From NCBI GenBank assembly GCA_964291285.2, contig OZ219787.1, positions 1,984,001 through 2,048,000 of the forward strand: a stretch of 64,000 nucleotides of DNA, given 5' to 3'. Shown one piece after another: positions 32,687-41,503 of the stretch. The DNA is from Alphaproteobacteria bacterium. GTDB lineage: Bacteria > Pseudomonadota > Alphaproteobacteria > Bin95. Position 1 is the stretch's first letter. Each line of letters starts with the position of its first letter. The notes beneath the pieces are model-generated. The model saw only the letters and a list, made by a program, of their open reading frames with translations. It was not told the origin of the DNA and did not search any database. A program made the translations under genes and the position numbers.

Positions 32687-32895
32687 GCGCCAACCGCCAC
32701 AGGACGGGCCGGCCGACCACGGCAAAGGCTGATATGGCGGCTTACGATGCATTGCCGCCGGGACTGCGGGCGGCGCTCAACGATGCCCCGGAAAACCTGT
32801 CGGCGGAGGCGGTGCTGGTCGCGGTGGAAGAGGACGGCCTTGCCGAAACGGAAGCACTGGCCCTGCTTGCGGCGCGGGAGGAGGGGCGGGGATGA
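32683..32895 (+). CDS. Small hypothetical protein (DUF6525-like)
   Basis: MAAYDALPPGLRAAL motif; ATGA overlaps at both ends. Confidence 0.6.
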   Translation: MSANRHRTGRPTTAKADMAAYDALPPGLRAALNDAPENLSAEAVLVAVEEDGLAETEALALLAAREEGRG

Positions 32896-33686
32896 TGCGG
32901 CATCTCCTTCTGGCGCTTGCTGCCGCGTCTGTCGTCTGGACGATGCGCCCGGCGCTCGCGCAGGAGGCGGGGGAGCGTTTCCGCGACTGCCCGGAATGCC
33001 CGGAGATGGTCGTGCTGCCGGAAGGCAGCTTCATCATGGGCTCGCCGGCATGGGAGGGCGCGCACCGCGAACATGAAACGCCCGCGCGCCGGATCGGGAT
33101 CGGGCGGCGCATCGCGGTCGGCGTTGGCGAGGTGACCTATGAGGAATGGGATGCCTGCCTCGCCGGCGGCGGCTGCGGCGGCTACAGCCCCTCCGCGCCC
33201 TGGGGCCGGGGCCGGCAGCCCGTCGTCCATGTGTCGTGGCTCGATGCGAAGGCTTATGTCGAATGGCTGGCGCGCCGGACGGGCCGGGACTACCGCCTGC
33301 CGACGGAAGCGGAGTGGGAGTATGCCGCCCGCGCCGGCACGGCGGGGCCGTATCACACCGGCAACCGGCTCGACCCGGACCGGGCGAATTACGGCGGCGG
33401 CGGGACGAAGCCCGCCGGGACCTATCCGCCCAACGCCTTCGGCCTCCACGACATGCTCGGCAATGTGTGGGAGTGGGTCGAGGACTGCTGGAACCCGAGC
33501 CATGCCGGCGCGCCGGCGGACGGGAGCGCGCGGCTTTCGGGCGACTGCAACTGGCGGGTGCTGCGCGGCGGCTCTTGGCTGAACGGTCCCGAATCGCTGC
33601 GCTCCGCCACCCGCTTCAGGACGAGTTCGGAAGAGCGCGCCTATTACATCAACGGTTTCCGCGTCGCGCTTACGCTCGTTCCATAA
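32892..33686 (+). CDS. Secreted FGE-sulfatase (SUMF1-like) domain protein
   Basis: Signal peptide; FRDCPECPEMV, YRLPTEAEWEYAARAG, NAFGLHDMLGNVWEWVEDC, RGGSW, GFRVA. Confidence 0.9.
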   Translation: MMRHLLLALAAASVVWTMRPALAQEAGERFRDCPECPEMVVLPEGSFIMGSPAWEGAHREHETPARRIGIGRRIAVGVGEVTYEEWDACLAGGGCGGYSPSAPWGRGRQPVVHVSWLDAKAYVEWLARRTGRDYRLPTEAEWEYAARAGTAGPYHTGNRLDPDRANYGGGGTKPAGTYPPNAFGLHDMLGNVWEWVEDCWNPSHAGAPADGSARLSGDCNWRVLRGGSWLNGPESLRSATRFRTSSEERAYYINGFRVALTLVP

Positions 33687-33817
33687 GCTGTCTCCGCCTG
33701 CATCCCGTCTGTCGCTTCTTCGTCCCGTTTCGTTCCCTCCGTCCCGGTTTACGTCCGGTATGCCTGCGGAGCCCTCCGCCAATGCCGGGGGACGGCCGGG
33801 GGCCCACTCCAATGGAA

Positions 33818-34068
33818 TGTCATGAAGTGTCATGTTTTGTCATGCGGCCGGTCTCTGCCCCGGTCGTTTGCGCCGGGCCGAGGGTCGTTCGCAAGGCATC
33901 GCAGCCTCCTTGCCGGTCCGTGGTCCCGGACGCTTCGTTGCCGGAGGCGCGTCCCCCGCCCGCGCATAATGCGCGCCCGGCTGCGCGCGCGTCCGCGTCC
34001 GCGGGGTGGCGGGCAGGACCCCTGCCGGAGTGTCGCGGCATGTCATGATATGTCATGTTTTCGTCATG
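33818..34068. repeat. Two clusters of 10-bp-phased TGTCATG repeats
   Basis: TGTCATG at 33818, 33828, 33838 and at 34041, 34051; variants TGTCGCG at 34031 and CGTCATG at 34062. Confidence 0.85.
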
Positions 34069-34524
34069 GAGGCCCGCCGCGGCGTCCTGCTCCTCCCCGC
34101 CGCCGTCTCCGCCTCCGCCGGCCTGTGCGGCCAAGGCCTGTTTCTCCCTCTTCTTCCTCCTCTTCTCCTTCTTCCTCCTCTTCCTCTCGCGCGCTTCGCG
34201 GCGGTCCTGCCGTTGGACCCAGGCGTAGAACTCGGGCGTGTCCCGCCTGCCTGTCCAGACCGCGCCGAGGTAATGGACCTCTTCCTGTTCGGGTTCCGGT
34301 TCGGGCAGGTGCCCGGCGCTCCAGTCGAGCAGGGCGAGGAGCTGTCTGAGATGGGCGAGCCCGGCGCGTGCGGCGCGGTGGTAATCGGCGCGGGCGCGGT
34401 CGTCCTCCGGCGGCGGTCCGGCGTCGATGTCCCCGGCATAGGCAGCAGCGAGGGCTTCGGCGGCCGGGGCAAGCCGCTCCAGCAGCGCCGCCGCCAGTCG
34501 GGGTCGGGGGTCGGTTTCGGTCAT
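33820..34524 (-). CDS. Hypothetical protein with helical N-terminus and Lys/Arg-rich tract
   Basis: ATG 34524 with strong RBS GGAAGGAGG; RERKRRKKEKRRKKREK tract; low-complexity C-terminus. Confidence 0.55.
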   Translation of the reverse strand: MTETDPRPRLAAALLERLAPAAEALAAAYAGDIDAGPPPEDDRARADYHRAARAGLAHLRQLLALLDWSAGHLPEPEPEQEEVHYLGAVWTGRRDTPEFYAWVQRQDRREARERKRRKKEKRRKKREKQALAAQAGGGGDGGGEEQDAAAGLHDENMTYHDMPRHSGRGPARHPADADARAAGRALCAGGGRASGNEASGTTDRQGGCDALRTTLGPAQTTGAETGRMTKHDTS

Positions 34525-34765
34525 CCGTGCCTCCTTCCAGGCCAAGGGCGGGACGGGGTGTCCCTGTTTCGCGCGTAATGCGCGGGGGTGTGCGCGGGCG
34601 GGCGGGCGTATCGCGGCGGCGCGGCTCGCGCGCCTGATTGCGCGCGCGAGCCGCAGGGCGCACCTCTCCTGTCCGCTCTCGCCGGGGGTTTTGCGGCCCC
34701 CAGCCATGCTTCCCTGCGCAGAAAAGCGGAAAGGCGGCCCCGGGAGCCGCCTTTCTCTCATGCCT

Positions 34766-34817
34766 ATTCTACACCATTTCGCTGAAAGTCAAGCTGATGA
34801 GGGAACAAAAGATGGAA
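34766..34817 (-). promoter_or_regulatory. Putative sigma70 promoter with degenerate LexA-like site
   Basis: Minus strand TTGACT-N15-TAGAAT (sub-optimal spacer); GAAC-AAAAGAT-GGAA at 34803-34817; AT-rich patch. Confidence 0.4.
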
Positions 34818-34905
34818 ATATCGGGTGATTTTCTTACAACCCGTTGAACAGGCGGGATAATGTCGGTGTTGCCGGATTGCGATCCATGAGGAACAGTGCT
34901 CCACC

Positions 34906-35007
34906 GTCGCCCCGGCCGCCGCCGTTGCAGAGCGGGCGCGACCGTCGGGGCCGGCGTAACGGCCGCGCTGGACCCCGGCTCTCCGCCGGCGCTCCGGCCG
35001 GGGCGAC
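34906..35007. repeat. REP-like palindromic element
   Basis: 13-bp terminal IR GTCGCCCCGGCCG / CGGCCGGGGCGAC with imperfect inner IR, followed by an A6 run. Confidence 0.65.
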
Positions 35008-35071
35008 AAAAAAGAGTGCAAGGGCAAGGAAAGGCGGCGGCGCCGTCGGTTCCGATCGATGACCGCGGGTA

Positions 35072-35539
35072 TCAGTCCCAGAAGCGCTCGCGCTCGGCCC
35101 GGTCCCGGTAGGCGCGGGCGTGGCGGGCGGCGATGCGGGCGGTGCGTTCGGGCGCGAAATCGAGCTGGCCGAGCGCGACGGCGATGTCGAGCAGCTCGTC
35201 ATAGCGCGCGATCAGCCCGTCCCGGAGGCGGAAGCGCGACATGCCCTCGACGACCACCCGGCGCCCGGCGGCGCCCTCCAGCAGCGAGCGGTAGCCGAAC
35301 AGCCAGGACGCATAGCCGGTATCGCCCGCCTCGCAGACATCCCGGAACCGCCAGCGGAAGCCCTCCGCATCGCGCCAGAAACGGTTCTCCAGCATGTCCG
35401 CAATGGCCTCCCGGCCCTCGAACTCGCCGTAGAAGGTGTCGTGGTAAATGCCGTCCTCGGTAAAGCAGGCGGCCAGCGCCCGCCCGTCGCCCGCCTCCAC
35501 GGCGGCCGCGAAGCCGGGCAACAGGGTGTCCAAGGCCAT
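35072..35539 (-). CDS. NTF2/SnoaL-like protein
   Basis: LAACFTEDGIYHD..GREAI..GMSRFRLRDGLIARYDE. Confidence 0.85.
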   Translation of the reverse strand: MALDTLLPGFAAAVEAGDGRALAACFTEDGIYHDTFYGEFEGREAIADMLENRFWRDAEGFRWRFRDVCEAGDTGYASWLFGYRSLLEGAAGRRVVVEGMSRFRLRDGLIARYDELLDIAVALGQLDFAPERTARIAARHARAYRDRAERERFWD

Positions 35540-35579
35540 CGCAACTTTCCTTTCCGCGCGGGCTCCGTTCGCCAGGTCC

Positions 35580-37097
35580 CTACATCACCGCGCCGACCTG
35601 CCAGGGGATGAACTCGGCCGCGCCGAGGCCCTGGGCTTCGGACTTGGTGGCTTCGCCGGAGGCGACGGCGAGGAACTTGTCGAAGATCTCGCTGCCGACC
35701 TCCTGGACGCTGGCCGCGCCGTCGGCGATGGCGCCGCAATTGATGTCCATGTCTTCTTCGAGGCGGCGGTACATCTCGGTGTTGGTGGCGAGCTTGATCG
35801 AGGGCACCGGCTTGTTGCCATAGACGGAGCCGCGCCCGGTGGTGAAGCAGACAAGGTTCGCCCCGGACGCCACCTGCCCGGTAATGGAACAGGGGTCGTA
35901 GCCGGGGCTGTCCATGAACACGAAGCCCTTGCGGTCGATGGGCTCGCCGTAGCGGTAAACCCCGGCGAGATTGGTGGTGCCGCCCTTGGCCGCTGCGCCG
36001 AGCGACTTCTCCAGGATGGTCGTGAGCCCGCCCGCCTTGTTGCCGGGGGAGGGGTTGTTGTTCATCTCGCCGCCATTGCGCGCCGTATAGTCCTCCCACC
36101 AGCGGATGCGCTCGATGAGCTTCCGGCCGGTGCGCTCGTCCACGGCGCGGCGGGTGAGCAGGTGCTCCGCGCCGTAGATTTCCGGCGTCTCGGCCAGCAC
36201 GCCGGTGCCGCCGTGGCGGACCAGATTGTCCACGGCCGCGCCCAGCGCCGGGTTCGCAGTGATGCCGGAATAGCCGTCTGAGCCGCCGCATTGCAGCGCG
36301 ACGGTGAGTTCGGACGCCGCGACCGGCCGGCGCCGCGCGCGGTCCGCGTCCGGCAGCATCTCGCGGATGAGGTCGCGGCCCCGCTCCACGGTGCGCCGGA
36401 GGCCGCCGGTCTCCTGGATGTTCATGGTGCTGAGGAAGGGGCCGCGCTCGAGGCCGTAGGCTTCCAGCAGGAAATCGATCTGGTTGACCTCGCAGCCGAG
36501 CCCGACCAGCACGATGCCTGCGAAATTCGGGTGGCGCGCATGGCCCCAGAGCACGCGCTGGAGGTTTTCATAGCCGTCTCCCGCCCCGGCCATGCCGCAG
36601 CCGGTGGAATGGGTGAGCGCCACGACGCCGTCCACATGCGGATAATCGGCCAGGACCCGGTCTTCGACCGCCTCGGCGATGAAGCGCGCGGCGGTGGCGG
36701 AGCAGTTCACGCTGGTCAGAACGCCGATATAGTTCCTTGTGCCGACCCGGCCGTTGTCCCGCAGATAGCCTTGGAAGCTCGCCCGCTCGCCTTCCGGCAC
36801 GAAATCGACCGGCTTCGTCTCCTGCCCGATGGCGTAGTCGCGCTCGAAATCGCCCATGGCGCAGTTGTGGACATGGACATGCGCGCCGGCCTCCACCGGC
36901 TCGCTCGCAAAGCCGATGATCTGGTCGTATTTGCGCACCGGCTCGCCCGCCGCAATCGGGCGCGTGGCGATCTTGTGGCCGGCCGGCACGACGTCCAGCG
37001 CGGTGACGCCCTCGCCGGGAAGCTCCGTTCCGGAGAGGATATCGATGCGCGCGACGACCACATTGTCTTTGGGCGCAAGACGGATGGAGAGGGTCAT
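35580..37097 (-). CDS. UxaA/GarD-family (altronate-type) dehydratase with SAF domain
   Basis: GHKIA, HVHVHN, GTRNY, CGGSDGYSGITANP, NNPSPGNKAGGLTTILEKSLG, FTTGRG. Confidence 0.92.
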   Translation of the reverse strand: MTLSIRLAPKDNVVVARIDILSGTELPGEGVTALDVVPAGHKIATRPIAAGEPVRKYDQIIGFASEPVEAGAHVHVHNCAMGDFERDYAIGQETKPVDFVPEGERASFQGYLRDNGRVGTRNYIGVLTSVNCSATAARFIAEAVEDRVLADYPHVDGVVALTHSTGCGMAGAGDGYENLQRVLWGHARHPNFAGIVLVGLGCEVNQIDFLLEAYGLERGPFLSTMNIQETGGLRRTVERGRDLIREMLPDADRARRRPVAASELTVALQCGGSDGYSGITANPALGAAVDNLVRHGGTGVLAETPEIYGAEHLLTRRAVDERTGRKLIERIRWWEDYTARNGGEMNNNPSPGNKAGGLTTILEKSLGAAAKGGTTNLAGVYRYGEPIDRKGFVFMDSPGYDPCSITGQVASGANLVCFTTGRGSVYGNKPVPSIKLATNTEMYRRLEEDMDINCGAIADGAASVQEVGSEIFDKFLAVASGEATKSEAQGLGAAEFIPWQVGAVM

Positions 37098-37112
37098 GGG
37101 CGGAAGTGCCTC

Positions 37113-38456
37113 CTAAGCGGCGAGAAGGTTGTGGAGTTCGCCGGCGCGGCCGGGCGTGTCGAAGTCCCAGGCGAGCGCGCTCAGCGCCGCCGCCGCATCG
37201 CCCAGCGCCGGTTCGGCGAACGAGCGGAATTTGGCCTCCAGGTCGGTGCGGGAGAGCGGGTTGCCCGGATTGCCGCGCGCCATGGCCGTTTCGCGCCGGT
37301 CGGTGGCGCCGTCGAACCACTGGACCTCCAGCGCCGCCGAGCGCGTGTCCCGGCCGGGCTCGGCTACCGGCTCGACGCGGGCGAGCACCGAGCGCAGGTC
37401 CGGTTCGGCGAGCGTCCCGGCGGTGAAGTCGCCTTCCACCGCCGCCCGCCCGGCAAGGCCAAGCGCCGTGCAGAAGGCGAGGCTGAACTTGCCTTCGAGC
37501 GGGGTTTGCGGGTCCGCCTTGCCGGCGAGGCGGATCGCGGCGGGATTGACGCGCAGTTCGATGCGCCGGGCCTCGCGGCCGGCCGCGTCGGCCGCGAGCG
37601 ACCGCGCGGCGTCGATGGCCGGGTGGGTCAGCAGGCAGGCGGCATAGGGCTTGACCGTGTTGCGCAGCAACTCCCAGCCGTCATCGAAATCCACTTCGCC
37701 GATGGCCGCCGCGCCGTCCTGCACCAGCGCGCTGCCGAGCCCGCCTTCGGCTTCCAGCAGGGCCTCGGACGCCTCGAAGCCGGCGGCCGCGAGCTCCGCC
37801 GCCAGCACGCCGTTCATCGCCGCCTTGCCGGCGTGGAAGGGCTTGGCGTGGGTGCCGAAGGAGCCGGTCAGGCCGCCGGCCTGGGTGGCGGCGGCGCCGA
37901 GCGCGCGGGCGATGCCGTCCTCGTCGAGCCGCAGCAGCACGGCCGCGGCGACCGCCGCGCCGAGCGCGCCGAAAATGCCGGTGGAATGCCAGCCGCGCAG
38001 GTTGGCGACCCCGCCGATGCCGTTGCCGAGGCGCGCGCCCGCTTCGAACCCGGCGATGAAGGCGGCCGTCATCTCCCGGCCCTCGGCCCCGGTCTGCTGC
38101 CCCACGGCCAGCGCAGCGGACCAGACGGGCGCGGAAAGATGCGCGGTCGCGCCGACATGGGTGTCGTCATAGTCGAGGCAGTGGGCGAAGGTGCCGTTCA
38201 CGAGCGCCGCCCCGGCCGCGCAGGTCGTGCCGCCGAGCGCGATGCGCGCCCTGCCGTCGGCCCGCCAGCCCTCGACGACGCGGCGCACCGCCCGGCCCGC
38301 CGGCTCGCCGAGCGCGCCGAGCGTCACGCCCAGCGTGTCCAGCAGGCAGGCCCTGGCCGCTTCCATGACCTCGGGCGGCCAGTTTCGGCCGGGGGCCGCC
38401 GCCGCCCAGGACGCCACGCGCCGGATCGTTTCGTTTTCGCTCATCTTCCTGTCCAC
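37113..38456 (-). CDS. MmgE/PrpD family protein
   Basis: NGTFAHCLDYDDTH, GWHSTG, KPFHAG, KPYAAC, GKFSL. Confidence 0.92.
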   Translation of the reverse strand: MDRKMSENETIRRVASWAAAAPGRNWPPEVMEAARACLLDTLGVTLGALGEPAGRAVRRVVEGWRADGRARIALGGTTCAAGAALVNGTFAHCLDYDDTHVGATAHLSAPVWSAALAVGQQTGAEGREMTAAFIAGFEAGARLGNGIGGVANLRGWHSTGIFGALGAAVAAAVLLRLDEDGIARALGAAATQAGGLTGSFGTHAKPFHAGKAAMNGVLAAELAAAGFEASEALLEAEGGLGSALVQDGAAAIGEVDFDDGWELLRNTVKPYAACLLTHPAIDAARSLAADAAGREARRIELRVNPAAIRLAGKADPQTPLEGKFSLAFCTALGLAGRAAVEGDFTAGTLAEPDLRSVLARVEPVAEPGRDTRSAALEVQWFDGATDRRETAMARGNPGNPLSRTDLEAKFRSFAEPALGDAAAALSALAWDFDTPGRAGELHNLLAA

Positions 38457-38484
38457 CCTTCCTTGGCACCCCGGTGCGCGCCCG

Positions 38485-38964
38485 TCACGGCCCGCCGCAG
38501 GCGCCCCAGACCTCGCCGCTCTTCAGCCAGCCCTTGTGGCCTTCCTTCGAAACTCTGCACCAGCCCTCGCGGCGTTCGAGCACCGTGACCACCACGCCCG
38601 GCTCCAGCACGGCCACGCCGCGGGCGCCCGTTTCCGGCGACCGCCTGAGCAGCCGGTTGGCGGTCGTCACGATGGCGCGGGGCCAGTCCGCCAGCAGATG
38701 CGCGCTCATCCAGCCCGTCTCGCCTTTGGGGTCCTCGACCTTCCGCCAGTCGAAATGCTCCTTGACGATTCGCACCGGCAGGCCCCGCTCCTCGTAACGC
38801 CAGAGCACGGGATAGTTCGTGCTCGGCCCGACGCGGAGATTGGCCTCGGTGGCGCGGATTGCCGCATATCGCGGCAGCGGCAGGCCGGTGAGCCGTTCGC
38901 CGGCCGCGGCCGCGGCGCTGCAGAAGCACAGGGCCGCGATGACGCTGCTTCGCAATGCCGTCAT
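38485..38964 (-). CDS. Secreted SH3-domain protein (SH3_4 type)
   Basis: TGLPLPRY, NLRVGPSTNYP, WRKVEDPKGETGW; signal peptide. Confidence 0.88.
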   Translation of the reverse strand: MTALRSSVIAALCFCSAAAAAGERLTGLPLPRYAAIRATEANLRVGPSTNYPVLWRYEERGLPVRIVKEHFDWRKVEDPKGETGWMSAHLLADWPRAIVTTANRLLRRSPETGARGVAVLEPGVVVTVLERREGWCRVSKEGHKGWLKSGEVWGACGGP

Positions 38965-40172
38965 CGCCTCGCCTCGGGCCAGACGACGAGCGCCAGCGCC
39001 AGAACGACCAGCCCCTCGACGGCGACGACGGTGACGGCCGTGTAGGCGCCCAGCCATTCCGCAAGCAGGCCCATATGCAGGAAGCCGATCGGCCCCGTGC
39101 CGATGCAGATGGTCAGCGCGCCCATGGCGCGGTTGCGCATTTCCGGGCTCGCGCCGAGATAGGTCAGGGTCGCTTGCATGGTCGCGAAACAGGCGCCTCC
39201 GATGCCGGCCGCGACCAGAATTGTGCCAGAAAGCAGGAACCAGGGCGAGGCCGCGAACACGATGGCGGACAGCATGTAGGACGCGACGCCGAAGACATAG
39301 ATGCGCCGGAACCAGACGGCGCGGCCGAACCAGGCGATGCCGAGCGCGCCGAGCAGGGCCCCCAGGCCCTCGGCGCTCTGCAGCACGCCCACCGGGAATG
39401 CGGTGAGGCCGAGCGCTTCCTTCCCGATCACCGGCACCATCGAGGTCATCGGGAAGCCCCAGATATTGTAGATGACGGTGACGGCCAGCGTGGCGACCAG
39501 CGGGCGGTTGGTGCGGATGTAGCGGAAGCCGTCGCGAAGCGCGGTCAGCACGCCGGCGGGCGCCGCCCCCGTCCGGACGTCCGTCCCGACACGGACGCGC
39601 GCCATCAGCAGCAGCGAGAGCAGATTGAGGGCCGCGCCGGCGAAGAACGCCCCGGAGATGCCGATGCCCTCCAGCAGTGCGCCGCCGGCAACGGGCCCGA
39701 GCATCCGGGTCGCATTGTTGGTGGCGGTGTCGAACCCCATTGCCTGGGCCACCTGCCCGTCGCCGGCGATGTCGCCCAGCATGGTGCGCCGGAGCGGCAT
39801 TTCGCCGGACCAGATCATGCCGTTGAGGAACGCGCCCGCCGCGACATGCCAGACCTCCAGCGCGCCGAGCGCGGCCAGGGCGCCCAGCAGCACCGAGTTC
39901 GCGACCAGCACGCAGAGGCCCGCGATCACCAGGACCCGGCGGTCGAACCGCTCGGCCAGCGAGCCGGCGAGCGCGCCGAACAGCATGAGCGGCAGGAACC
40001 GCAGCACGAACATCAGCGTCACGTCGAATGCCGAACCGGTGCGGTCGAACACCCACACGCCGACCGCCAGGATTTCCAGCCAGCGGTTCACATTGGAGAG
40101 CGCGCCCGAAACCCAGACGCGCCGGAACGCGACATTGCCGATAAGTGCGAAGGGACTTATTGTGCCGGTCAT
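38961..40172 (-). CDS. MFS transporter
   Basis: About 12 TM segments, GSLAERFDRR motif A. Confidence 0.88.
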   Translation of the reverse strand: MTGTISPFALIGNVAFRRVWVSGALSNVNRWLEILAVGVWVFDRTGSAFDVTLMFVLRFLPLMLFGALAGSLAERFDRRVLVIAGLCVLVANSVLLGALAALGALEVWHVAAGAFLNGMIWSGEMPLRRTMLGDIAGDGQVAQAMGFDTATNNATRMLGPVAGGALLEGIGISGAFFAGAALNLLSLLLMARVRVGTDVRTGAAPAGVLTALRDGFRYIRTNRPLVATLAVTVIYNIWGFPMTSMVPVIGKEALGLTAFPVGVLQSAEGLGALLGALGIAWFGRAVWFRRIYVFGVASYMLSAIVFAASPWFLLSGTILVAAGIGGACFATMQATLTYLGASPEMRNRAMGALTICIGTGPIGFLHMGLLAEWLGAYTAVTVVAVEGLVVLALALVVWPEARR

Positions 40173-40270
40173 AGGATATGCAAACCCCACCCGCGTTCCG
40201 GGCGCAATCCCGAAAGCCGGCCCGGCCGCCGGATTGCGGGCGCTCCCTGCCCGTATCGGGAAAGGCCGAT

Positions 40271-41488
40271 ATGCTTTACGCGCTTCACGAGATGCAGCGC
40301 CTCGCCTGGGCGCCGGCGCGCATGATGGCCGAGGCCGGCCGGCAGGCGGCGTCCAATCCGCTCCACCCGATGTCCTGGCACCCAGCCGGACGCGCCGTCG
40401 GCGCGGCCTGCGAGCTGTTCGAGCGGGCGAGCCGCAAGCATGGCAAGCCGGAATTCGCCATTCGCCAGGTCCTGAGCGGCGACATTCCGCTTGCCGTGCG
40501 CGAAGAGGTCGTCCTTTCCACGCCGTTCTGCGACCTCCTGCATTTCGCGCGCGAGGGCCGCACGGGGGACCCCGCGGTGCTGGTGGTGGCGCCGCTTTCC
40601 GGCCATTTCGCCACCCTCTTGCGCGACACGGTGCGCGGGCTGCTCGCGGAGCATGACGTCTACATCACCGACTGGCAGGATGCCCGGCAGGTGCCGGCGA
40701 GCCGCGGCCCGTTCACGCTCGACGACTATATCGACACGCTGCTGGACTTTCTTGCGCGGCTCGGGCCGGACGTGCATCTCGTCGCCGTCTGCCAGCCCTC
40801 CGTGCCGGCGCTTGCGGCGACGGCGCTGCTGGCCGCCGCCGGCGAGGGCGCGCCGCGTTCGCTCGTGCTGATGGGCGGGCCGATCGACACCCGCGTCGGC
40901 GTCACGAAGGTCAACGACTTCGCCAAGTCGCACAGCCGGCGCTGGTTCGAGCAGATGCTGGTCCAGACCGTGCCGCCGCCCTATCCGGGCCTCGGGCGTC
41001 GGGTCTATCCGGGCTTCATGCAGCTTTCGGGCTTCATGGGCATGAACCTCGACCGCCATGTCGGCGCGCATCTGCGCATGTTCGAGCATCTGGTGACGGG
41101 GGACGGCGAGAGCGCCGAGGCCCATCGCCGCTTCTACGACGAGTATCTGGCGGTCATGGACATGCCGGCGGAGTACTTTCTGGAGACGGTGGAGCGGGTC
41201 TTCCAGGAACACCACCTGCCGCGCGGCCTGTTCACCCATCGCGGCCTGCCGGTGGATACGGCGGCCATCCGGGGCACGGCGCTCATGACCGTCGAGGGCG
41301 AACGCGACGATATTTCGGGCGTCGGCCAGACGGAGGCCGCACACCGCCTCTGCCCGAACGTGCCGGCGGAACGCCGCCGCCACCGCTTGCAGGCCCGGGT
41401 CGGCCATTACGGTATCTTCAACGGGCGCCGATGGCGGAACGAGATCCTGCCGGATGTCGCCGATTTCATTCGCGCCGCGCGAAGCTGA
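40271..41488 (+). CDS. phaZ: Intracellular polyhydroxyalkanoate depolymerase
   Basis: APLSGHFATLLR, VYITDW, AVCQP, TVEGERDDI, GHYGIFNG. Confidence 0.93.
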   Translation: MLYALHEMQRLAWAPARMMAEAGRQAASNPLHPMSWHPAGRAVGAACELFERASRKHGKPEFAIRQVLSGDIPLAVREEVVLSTPFCDLLHFAREGRTGDPAVLVVAPLSGHFATLLRDTVRGLLAEHDVYITDWQDARQVPASRGPFTLDDYIDTLLDFLARLGPDVHLVAVCQPSVPALAATALLAAAGEGAPRSLVLMGGPIDTRVGVTKVNDFAKSHSRRWFEQMLVQTVPPPYPGLGRRVYPGFMQLSGFMGMNLDRHVGAHLRMFEHLVTGDGESAEAHRRFYDEYLAVMDMPAEYFLETVERVFQEHHLPRGLFTHRGLPVDTAAIRGTALMTVEGERDDISGVGQTEAAHRLCPNVPAERRRHRLQARVGHYGIFNGRRWRNEILPDVADFIRAARS

Positions 41489-41503
41489 GGAGCCCGAACC
41501 CCG

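Noticed and set aside
33550-33686. DGR variable region at the FGE-domain C-terminus
   Set aside because: No template repeat or reverse transcriptase in the window, and codons do not show the NNC/NNT pattern expected from AAY mutagenesis; a remote DGR cannot be excluded
34141-34190. CT-only low-complexity tract as a separate microsatellite
   Set aside because: Explained by the Lys/Arg/Glu codons of the minus-strand ORF 33820-34524
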